Position numbers and translations under genes: made by a program
The notes under the pieces: generated by a model
Told to the model about the DNA's origin: nothing
What the model saw: only the letters and a program-made list of their open reading frames with translations
Databases searched by the model: none
Assembly: GCA_902497075.1 (NCBI GenBank)
Contig: CABVDG010000003.1
Coordinates: 10,674 to 74,673 of the forward strand
DNA: 64,000 bases
Source of the DNA: an uncultured Collinsella sp.
GTDB taxonomy: Bacteria > Actinomycetota > Coriobacteriia > Coriobacteriales > Coriobacteriaceae
Direction: 5' to 3'
In this document: positions 46,152-53,067 of the stretch, in pieces
Position numbering within the stretch: the stretch's first letter is position 1
Layout of the letters: each line of letters opens with the position of its first letter

Positions 46152-46494
46152 TTATGCTGCTTTATCAATTTGAATAGCGGGGATCCTCGATTTCTTTCTT
46201 CCTAAGCTTGTGCTGGTTCCAAAGTCGGTCTGGCCCCTTTTAGATGCAACTTTGTATTTCTCAATCTGAGTTCTATAGCCTTCAATCAGCTCCAATAAAG
46301 ACTCATCGAGAAACAGCAACATTTCGCTTCCGTCATATCCCTCAGCGGTATCATCCACGAACTTGCATTCTGTTCTCGGCATACCGAAAGGTGCACTTTC
46401 GGAGAAGGTTCTCAAGTATTTCTAGGCGGCGAACCAGAACGCCTGCATCATCTATAACATCCAGCCAACTGGACCCGTCCTTGCAAAACAACAT
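46152..46494 (-). pseudogene. small hypothetical gene (~113 aa if contiguous) split by a frameshift
   Basis: The ATG at 46494 has a good SD (GAAAGGGA) and opens MLFCKDGSSWLDVIDDAGVLVRRLEIL..., which stops at 46351. The 87-aa track ORF (46152-46415, TTG start) continues in another frame. Confidence 0.4.
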
Positions 46495-46759
46495 TTCGTC
46501 CCTTTCGTTTTACAGCTCTGATGGACAAAAGAAATCTAAAGCCGCGTGCGGACATCATTAAAAATTGTTCTTAAAAGCAGTGTAGAAAATCAGTTTCAGA
46601 CATTATGTTGTATAGACTTGCTGAGACCTTTAGTTTGAATCTCAATTTAAAGTAGATATTTGTTCGAAACTAACAAATAATGGTTTTAAAACAATATAAT
46701 TTTCCTTGTTATTAAAGAATGTCTGCGGTGAATCAACTTTTTTGAAAAGGATTCTGACG

Positions 46760-48055
46760 ATGATTCTCAATTTTTCATTTAAGAACTTTCAGAGCTTTCG
46801 AGATACTCAGCAGTTCTCGTTTGAACCGATTTCGAGCAAAAAGGAACTTGGGCCTGTGCGAGTGGCTGCGGTTTACGGCGCAAACGCGTCAGGCAAATCA
46901 AATTTCCTAAATGCTCTTTACTTTGTCTCTTACTTTGTTCGTACAGGTTATGCGGCAGGCGATGCGAATTCTCAAATACCCATCGTCCCCTTTTTACTTG
47001 ACTCGGAATCCCGATCAAGTGACACAGAATTCTCGATAGATTTTATCGCTAGCAACTTAAAGTATGAGTTTTCATTTGGTGTGAACAAAAATGAGGTTAC
47101 ATATGAAAACCTCACTGTGTATCGATCAAAACAGCCGTCCCTTCTCTATGACCGCTCTTCGATAAACGGGGAACAGTCAATTAAATTTGGTAGTACCTTT
47201 ACAGGTGCAAAAAAACAACTTTGGGATATCACGCGCAATAATTCTTTGTTCTTATCTGCCGCAGCGGCGGCTGGAAGTGATGTAATTCAACCCGCATTCA
47301 CAGCTCTTGCCAATGACATCAATCTCTATGATGCAACGCATTATCTAGCAGAACTCGCCACCATAAAAAAGCTGTTTATCAACGATGACGCTCGAGCTCA
47401 GATGCTATCTCAGCTCATTAAATATGCTGATATCGGAATTGACGGCATAGATGTCCGTCAATCGGAAGGCGTCATGGGTTTAAAAGACTCACTCATTGGA
47501 CTCGATGAGATTCCGGAAGAGGCACGTAATAAAATTGCAGAAGACTTTAAATTGTCGTTCGCTTATGACCTGTTCTTCCACCATAAAGGCTCGGGAGATG
47601 GCTTTTGGCTGGGCTCCGCCCATGAATCGGAGGGCACAAAAGCTGCGCTGGCGTTTTTCTCGGTAGCCTTACGTTCTTTAAGCAGTGGGGCCACAACAGT
47701 AATTGACGAGCTTGATTCGAGCCTTCATCCTACGCTCCTGCGCGACTTCGTCTCACTGTTCGCCGATCCCGACACAAATCCAAAGGGCGCGCAGCTAATC
47801 TTCTCGACCCATGATGTCACCTTGATGACGCGAACCAGCCCTATGGAAGAGGTGCTTGAACGTGACCAGGTCTGGTTTGTGGAAAAGGACTCTGAAGGTG
47901 CTTCGCAATTAATTGCTGCGATGGAGTATTCGCCTCGTGCAAATGAGAATCTGGGGCGCAATTACTTAAACGGTGTCTATGTGCCGCTGCCCAACCCAAG
48001 TTTTCATCAACTTGTGGCCCAACTCATGAAGGAAGGCGCTGACATAAATGGCTAA
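46760..48055 (+). CDS. AAA-family ATPase (AAA_15/AAA_21-type, ABC/SMC-like)
   Basis: Walker A GANASGKSNFLNAL and Walker B TVIDELDSSLHP. ATG at 46760 with SD AAAGGA. Overlaps the next gene by 8 nt. Confidence 0.8.
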   Translation: MILNFSFKNFQSFRDTQQFSFEPISSKKELGPVRVAAVYGANASGKSNFLNALYFVSYFVRTGYAAGDANSQIPIVPFLLDSESRSSDTEFSIDFIASNLKYEFSFGVNKNEVTYENLTVYRSKQPSLLYDRSSINGEQSIKFGSTFTGAKKQLWDITRNNSLFLSAAAAAGSDVIQPAFTALANDINLYDATHYLAELATIKKLFINDDARAQMLSQLIKYADIGIDGIDVRQSEGVMGLKDSLIGLDEIPEEARNKIAEDFKLSFAYDLFFHHKGSGDGFWLGSAHESEGTKAALAFFSVALRSLSSGATTVIDELDSSLHPTLLRDFVSLFADPDTNPKGAQLIFSTHDVTLMTRTSPMEEVLERDQVWFVEKDSEGASQLIAAMEYSPRANENLGRNYLNGVYVPLPNPSFHQLVAQLMKEGADING

Positions 48056-48725
48056 GGCAGAAAGGAGAGGGCTTGCTCGCGGCCGCAAAAAGCAGACAAG
48101 AGCCAAGCGAAAGCGCCACCTAATTGTGTCCAATGGAAAGGTGACCGAAACCGAATATTTTAACTTCCTTATTACTGAAATGGACGTTCGCGGAAGCGTG
48201 CTGTATCGGCATATTGACGGAGACCCTTTGAAGGTGGCCAAGCAGCTTTCGCGAGAGCTCGATTCAGATAAAAAGGCCGTTAAAGCAGGCGAAATCGAAG
48301 CATTGAGTTCCGCATGGATCGTGGTCGATTCAGATGAGTTCAGAAACCTAGCCGCAGCAGAACGAGAAGCAAAGACAAAGGGAGTTAGGCTCGCAATCTC
48401 TAATCCATGTTTTGAAGTATGGCTTATCGATCATATCTCACCATGCCCGGAAACTTTTGCATCGACGCCACAATGTGAGAAAAGAGCGCGCGACCTTGGC
48501 GTTCTAAAATCTACTGACCCCAACAGGTCCTCCGCGTCAAAGTTCAAGTCGGTAAATCTCGAAATGATTGACGGCAACAAGGGCCAGGCTTTGACCAATG
48601 CCGCAAAGCACAATACGGATGATAAACGTCGTGCAAGAGAAATGAATCCGGACAACGTTGCCGCCTATCAAGTATGGACAGACTTGCCTGATCTTGTAGA
48701 TAACGTATTTGGGTCGGGTAACTAG
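48048..48725 (+). CDS. RloB-like (Toprim-type) protein
   Basis: HLIVSNGKVTETEYFN...WIVVDSDEF...VRLAISNPCFEVWLIDH matches the RloB family pattern. Confidence 0.75.
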   Translation: MAKAERRGLARGRKKQTRAKRKRHLIVSNGKVTETEYFNFLITEMDVRGSVLYRHIDGDPLKVAKQLSRELDSDKKAVKAGEIEALSSAWIVVDSDEFRNLAAAEREAKTKGVRLAISNPCFEVWLIDHISPCPETFASTPQCEKRARDLGVLKSTDPNRSSASKFKSVNLEMIDGNKGQALTNAAKHNTDDKRRAREMNPDNVAAYQVWTDLPDLVDNVFGSGN

Positions 48726-48809
48726 TGTGATTCATCCCGCGTTAGGGGCAGGCTTTTAACTCAAAAATTGTAAACGAGGTAGCAATGCTTTTGAGCTATG
48801 TTCAGCTAG

Positions 48810-48971
48810 ATGACGGCGCTGGATGCGCTATCTGACAGCCCCGAGCCCAAAGACAACCACTACTTTGCATGGATCCAGGACCTTGTTTCCGGAAACCGCA
48901 CGCGAGAAGAACTCGCCGACGAGCTGCGCCGCGGTTGCGTTGTGGGCACGGGCGATCCGCCGCACGTATAA
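48810..48971 (+). CDS. 53-aa high-GC small ORF upstream of the DUF3825 gene
   Basis: MTALDALSDSPEPKDNHYFAWIQDLVSGNRTREELADELRRGCVVGTGDPPHV. Shares the GC-rich codon style of the next gene. Not in the ORF track (<60 aa). Confidence 0.3.
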   Translation: MTALDALSDSPEPKDNHYFAWIQDLVSGNRTREELADELRRGCVVGTGDPPHV

Positions 48972-49016
48972 AATCAAAGCATCCGCACGCCTGCCATTAT
49001 CTTGATTGGACGCCAC

Positions 49017-49805
49017 ATGGAACTCCCTAGCACCCTGTGCAGCAATGTATACGACTTTGCGTTTTGCCCCGAGCCCTGTTACGAGCGCTTGGCCGACCTC
49101 GCCGACCCCGAGGACTGGGGTCCCGGCAACCGCATCCTCAAAAACTACCTGTCGTTCTCATTTAGCCGCGCGGTCTTTTTGACCGAACGCGACGTAGACC
49201 AGACCGCGCCGTCCAACCTGCCGCTGGTGTTCGACGATGACCGCTGCCTGTTCAATACCGGCCTGTACACGCGTCGCTACGAGACCATCTACGGCCTGTT
49301 TGAGCCCAACACAAAGCCCGACGCGCGCCAGCGCTGGTTTTTGAAGGGCTTCTTTAAGGAGAGCGACCCCATGCTGGTCTCGTTTGAGTACCTGCCGTGC
49401 CGCGTGCGCTTTGCCGAGGATCCCTCCGAGCTGGTCTTTGACTACCGCCTGCCCATCCGTTCCAACATCGACCAAATTCTGGGCGATGAGGAGAACCTTA
49501 CGCGTATTCCTGCCAGCCTGATGGGGGAGGGCAACTCGCTGCTGTTGCGCCGCGCCTTTGAGGGCGCCGTCGTCGAGGCCGCCCGCCGCGCCGCCGCCAA
49601 CTACACGCTCGCCGTGCCGCAGTTCTACGGCAGCCGGATCCAGCTGCTGCTGCCGCTGTGCCTAACCGGCGACAAGCCCGAGCTGGCGCTGACCATCCAG
49701 CGCGAGGACGGCTTCTACGCCGCACGCACCTGCCTCACGCTCGACATGGCTTACAACAACGCTCGACTTATCTGCCGTCCTGAGACCTCGTGGATAAAGT
49801 GGTAA
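49017..49805 (+). CDS. DUF3825 domain protein
   Basis: NRILKNYLSFSF...FNTGLYTRRYETIYGLFEPN...AVPQFYGSRIQLLLPLCL...TCLTLDMAYNNARLI matches my recollection of the DUF3825 consensus. Confidence 0.65.
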   Translation: MELPSTLCSNVYDFAFCPEPCYERLADLADPEDWGPGNRILKNYLSFSFSRAVFLTERDVDQTAPSNLPLVFDDDRCLFNTGLYTRRYETIYGLFEPNTKPDARQRWFLKGFFKESDPMLVSFEYLPCRVRFAEDPSELVFDYRLPIRSNIDQILGDEENLTRIPASLMGEGNSLLLRRAFEGAVVEAARRAAANYTLAVPQFYGSRIQLLLPLCLTGDKPELALTIQREDGFYAARTCLTLDMAYNNARLICRPETSWIKW

Positions 49806-49893
49806 ATGGTAGTTTAGCTGCGGTTTTGCCGATTGCTTTGGTTGCTTTGGCTTGGCTGGCACTCACGAATTTAAAATCGGGGGCAAAAAGTTC

Positions 49894-49922
49894 TTGGTAA
49901 ACCACGCTCGGCTATGATAGTA
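49894..49922 (+). promoter_or_regulatory. candidate promoter of tRNA-Val
   Basis: TTGGTA (49894-49899), a 16-17 nt spacer, then GATAGTA (49916-49922). Confidence 0.4.
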
Positions 49923-49943
49923 TCTCTTTTGCCGAAAGGCGAC

Positions 49944-50018
49944 GGGCGATTGGCTCAGGGGTAGAGCATATCCTTCACACGGATGGGGTCACAAGTTCGA
50001 ATCTTGTATCGCCCACCA
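49944..50018 (+). tRNA. tRNA-Val (anticodon CAC), CCA encoded
   Basis: Manual cloverleaf: acceptor GGGCGAT/ATCGCCC, anticodon stem TATCC/GGATG, loop TTCACAC, T-arm ACAAG-TTCGAAT-CTTGT. Confidence 0.9.
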
Positions 50019-50028
50019 TCTAAAGCAC

Positions 50029-50065
50029 AGGCCGGAGGTTATATGACTCTGGCCTTTTTCTTTTT
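50029..50065 (+). terminator. intrinsic terminator after tRNA-Val
   Basis: AGGCCGGAG/CTCTGGCCT hairpin followed by TTTTTCTTTTT. Confidence 0.75.
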
Positions 50066-50387
50066 AACACCAAAATCGAAGCGAAGTTACCTAAGGCGAT
50101 ATATATTACGCAGTTCACCTTAGGTGTCGTCATTGCGCGTTTTGCAAAATGCGTCTGCGTTTATTCATTGAATTCCCTGCGTATTCTATGTGCAATTGTG
50201 GAGACAGAGACCGCTGACTCACAGCTTGTACCAGCGCGTTCATGCCTATGGCGGCTTTTCAACGGATTGCGTTAAGCTTTTGGTCAGCGTTTGGTCAGCT
50301 TCCGGTACTTACCCGCATGATGCCCCGGTAGATAATCGTCCACGACCACAACCGCATGGTCTACGGCCGATACCAGGGGAGGCGCAA

Positions 50388-51542
50388 ATGGACGAAATCG
50401 TCTGCGCAAACACCGCATTCCGCTATTGGCGCTGCCCACCGCAGGTGCGCGACCTCTACCCGCGCCTACCCAACTCCGAAGAAGGCTGGCGAGCTCTATC
50501 CCAAGCCCCTTTCGTAACCGACGTCCTCAAGACCCCAGTCATCACAGCAGCATCAACTCGAAGCAACCTACATTCCGAGACAAGACGGACCATCCGATGG
50601 AACAGCGCCTATACAGAGAAGGTCTCGATCGACACGGGCATGGGCTTTAGCGTCACAGACCCTCTTCATACGCTATTCACCATGACTCGAAGCGTTTCTT
50701 CATGCGACCTGGTTCTGGCCATGTACGAGCTCTGCGGATGGTTTTCGGTTTTTAAACCATCGCCCGCGGTCGACATGGCACTTGAGCAAGCAAAATCAGA
50801 AGAAGAGCAGTACACCACAGAAAGTCTTTTTGAACTAGATGAAACCCAAGACGAGGCCCCATGGAAGCGAGTCTATGCTCGGGCGAGCCAGAAGGACAGC
50901 GAGAATGATCAAAGTGGGCAGCAGAATGACGGATCCGGAAATAAAGCAAACGGAAAAGGCACATCGCTCTGGATGAGAAAGCCTCTTATTGAAATAGAAG
51001 AACTGCACAGATTTGCAGCGAAGGTTAAGGGCGAGATGTGGGGAAAACAATTCTACGAAGCCGCACGGCAGGTAATGGGTATTGCGGCATCCCCGCTAGA
51101 AGTTGCTGGAATCATGTTGCTAAGTCTTCCGAGGCGTACTGGCGGAGCGGAGTTTAAAAACATATACGTCAACGACTTAACACCGCTGTCGAATTCAGCT
51201 CGAAAAATCGCAGGTCAGAAAATCTGTTACGGCGATATCGTCATCGTAAACCCAATAATAATGAAAGCTGTGATTATCGAACTTCAGGGAGAGGTTATCC
51301 ATGGTTCAGGCGCCGTGCTGGACCACGATGCCGCACGAATGACAGCATTACAAAGCATGGGATACGACGTATTTCTTGTAACCCATGACATGCTCAATGA
51401 TCACGATCAGCTTGATGCCATCATTCACAGTGTGTGTGAGCGATTGGAGTTGCGCTACAAACCAAAAACCGAGGCGATGAGATGCGCTGAGACCAGATTG
51501 CGAGCCAACGTTCTGTGCAATTGGCTTGGTATTGGTAAGTAA
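50388..51542 (+). CDS. hypothetical protein with C-terminal DUF559/Vsr-like endonuclease-fold domain (start at ATG 50388 with GGGGAGG SD)
   Basis: C-terminus SPLEVAGIMLLSL...CYGDIVI...AVIIELQGEVIH...DAARMTALQSMGYDVFLVTHDML. The ORF-track start at 50190 is unlikely. Confidence 0.55.
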   Translation: MDEIVCANTAFRYWRCPPQVRDLYPRLPNSEEGWRALSQAPFVTDVLKTPVITAASTRSNLHSETRRTIRWNSAYTEKVSIDTGMGFSVTDPLHTLFTMTRSVSSCDLVLAMYELCGWFSVFKPSPAVDMALEQAKSEEEQYTTESLFELDETQDEAPWKRVYARASQKDSENDQSGQQNDGSGNKANGKGTSLWMRKPLIEIEELHRFAAKVKGEMWGKQFYEAARQVMGIAASPLEVAGIMLLSLPRRTGGAEFKNIYVNDLTPLSNSARKIAGQKICYGDIVIVNPIIMKAVIIELQGEVIHGSGAVLDHDAARMTALQSMGYDVFLVTHDMLNDHDQLDAIIHSVCERLELRYKPKTEAMRCAETRLRANVLCNWLGIGK

Positions 51543-51592
51543 TAATGTTCAAGTGAGCATTATTACTACTTTATATGCTGCCAGTAATTAAG

Positions 51593-51744
51593 TGCCATTT
51601 TAAAACCACGCCGGTTTACTACGTTGGATTGGGGGTAGCTGAGCACACCGAATTCGTCGCTCGTAAAACCGCAGGTAGAATGCCTGCCCGTTTTGCGAAT
51701 GTAGGCGTGTGGTCGGAAATCCGGGAATCGTCGTAGTAAACCGG
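51593..51744 (+). repeat. conserved structured element, copy A (candidate ncRNA or MITE-like unit)
   Basis: A 13-bp perfect stem, CCGGTTTACTACG (51611-51623) with CGTAGTAAACCGG (51732-51744), encloses the conserved core AAAACCGCAGGTAG (51665-51678). Blocks and spacing match copy B. Confidence 0.5.
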
Positions 51745-51967
51745 TCCGTTTATGAAGCGACCAGCTGGCGCGAGCTGCGCACGGTTCAGTAAATTGACCC
51801 GAAGGCGCGGAGAGGGGCTCAGACGAAACCCTCCCGCGGAAGCACCGCGGATTGCTTTGTTCTGGCCGGCGGCACCTGGGGCGCGCCCCGCGGGCTATTT
51901 CGGGCATCGTGTGTCCCTTCGGCCCCGCGCCGTTCCACGCACCGTAAAATCTTTTCCAAAATTGTCC

Positions 51968-51996
51968 TTGCATCGGCGGGGGAGTTCCCGTATAGT
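51968..51996 (+). promoter_or_regulatory. promoter of tRNA-Ala copy 2
   Basis: TTGCAT, a 17-nt spacer, then TATAGT. Identical layout in copy 3. Confidence 0.6.
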
Positions 51997-52008
51997 ACTT
52001 TCTCGCAC

Positions 52009-52081
52009 GGGGGCGTAGCTCAACTGGGAGAGCGCTTGACTGGCAGTCAAGAGGTCAGGGGTTCGATTCCCCTCGTCTCCA
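52009..52081 (+). tRNA. tRNA-Ala (GGC), no encoded CCA
   Basis: Same cloverleaf as copy 1 with D-loop (AACTGG) and T-arm (GATTCC) substitutions. The 3' flank reads CCC. Confidence 0.9.
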
Positions 52082-52097
52082 CCCGAGCATTGAATGA

Positions 52098-52125
52098 GGC
52101 TCCAACGCAAGTTGGGGCCTTTTTT
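52098..52125 (+). terminator. intrinsic terminator after tRNA-Ala copy 2
   Basis: GGCTCCAAC-gcaa-GTTGGGGCC followed by TTTTTT. Confidence 0.8.
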
Positions 52126-52250
52126 CATATCTATCGATTTACGCCATGTGTTGACTGGGCAGCATCTTGGCGACATACCCATTGTTAATTACGAATATGA
52201 ATGTTAATAACTTTACGTTTCTGGATAGCAAACCTAGTCTGCAGCGCCAA

Positions 52251-52278
52251 TAACAAAGAGACCGGGCGTAATGCCCGG
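52251..52278 (-). terminator. terminator after tRNA-Met
   Basis: CCGGGC/GCCCGG hairpin (52262-52278) followed on the minus strand by TCTCTTTGTTA. Confidence 0.55.
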
Positions 52279-52291
52279 CCTCGAAATACTC

Positions 52292-52367
52292 TGGTGGGCC
52301 CTCCGGGATTCGAACCCAGAACCCAGGGATTATGAGTCCCCTGCGCTGACCGTTGCGCCAAGAGCCC
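52292..52367 (-). tRNA. tRNA with CAT anticodon (elongator Met, or Ile2 if lysidine-modified), CCA encoded
   Basis: Manual cloverleaf: acceptor GGGCTCT/AGGGCCC with a G1:C72 pair (so not an initiator), anticodon loop CTCATAA, T-loop TTCGAAT. Confidence 0.85.
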
Positions 52368-52587
52368 TTATGAACGGTGAATGCAATTCTAATAAAGGCA
52401 TCTAAGGCCTAATTTCTTCGCTTCACGTCGTGAAATACTACCATGCACGAGCAAGTCGCACAACGCAAGATCAAGTCCAATGCTAAACAACAACCAATCT
52501 AGGCGCGTCGCAGAAAAGACGTGTTTTAGAAAAAGTTAAGGCCATTAATTCAGGGCTCAAACACATTTAACCGCGAAATCAAGCTGA

Positions 52588-52739
52588 TGCCATTTCAAAA
52601 CACCGCCAGTTTACTACGACTGATCGGCGACTCCCGAGCACCGCGTGTTCCCCGTTTGCAAAACCGCAGGTAGGGAGCCCGACGGTTGCGTGAAAAGGCG
52701 TGCGTGGTCGAACATTCCTGATTCATCGTAGTAAACCGG
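52588..52739 (+). repeat. conserved structured element, copy B
   Basis: CCAGTTTACTACG (52606-52618) pairs with CGTAGTAAACCGG (52727-52739). Core AAAACCGCAGGTAG lies at 52660-52673. The stem-to-core and core-to-stem distances (54 and 67 nt) are identical to copy A. Confidence 0.5.
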
Positions 52740-52834
52740 CATAGTTCTGAGGCGCAGAGGAGGGGCGGTTCGCAATCGGGCCCGATAATGGGACTGGCGG
52801 AGCACGGGAAACCCGGTTGAGCGGGCGGGTCGAG

Positions 52835-52866
52835 TTTCGCCCGTGCCGGCACGGGCGAAAGTTTTT
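52835..52866 (+). terminator. perfect palindromic hairpin plus T-run immediately upstream of the tRNA-Ala copy 3 promoter
   Basis: TTTCGCCCGTGCC/GGCACGGGCGAAA (52835-52860) followed by GTTTTT. Confidence 0.65.
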
Positions 52867-52878
52867 CCAAAATTGTCC

Positions 52879-52907
52879 TTGCATCGCCGTCCGAGTTCCC
52901 GTATAGT
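52879..52907 (+). promoter_or_regulatory. promoter of tRNA-Ala copy 3
   Basis: TTGCAT (52879-52884), a 17-nt spacer, then TATAGT (52902-52907). Confidence 0.6.
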
Positions 52908-52919
52908 ACATCTTCGCAC

Positions 52920-52992
52920 GGGGGCGTAGCTCAGCTGGGAGAGCGCTTGACTGGCAGTCAAGAGGTCAGGGGTTCGATTCCCCTCGTCTCCA
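52920..52992 (+). tRNA. tRNA-Ala (GGC), no encoded CCA
   Basis: Cloverleaf as above. Confidence 0.9.
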
Positions 52993-53008
52993 CCCGAGCA
53001 TTGAATGA

Positions 53009-53037
53009 GGCTCCAACGCAAGTTGGGGCCTTTTTTT
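53009..53037 (+). terminator. intrinsic terminator after tRNA-Ala copy 3
   Basis: Same GGCTCCAAC/GTTGGGGCC hairpin followed by a T7 run. Confidence 0.8.
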
Positions 53038-53067
53038 ATATAGGCACACAAGGTCAAAGGCGGCACC

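Noticed and set aside
49894-49905. TTGGTAAACC upstream of tRNA-Val, which resembles the TGGTAAAAC operator half-site of the glycogen cluster.
   Set aside because: It is a single copy with no inverted partner and coincides with the likely -35 region, so the match is probably fortuitous.
49944-50018. tRNA-Val as the attachment site delimiting the island.
   Set aside because: The island lies 5' of the tRNA, whereas integrative elements normally sit 3' of it. I found no duplicated tRNA 3' segment and no intact integrase.
50148-50165. Near-palindrome CGCGTTTTGCAAAATGCG upstream of the DUF559-like gene, considered as a possible operator.
   Set aside because: A single occurrence far (over 200 nt) from the start codon. 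There is not enough context to call a site.
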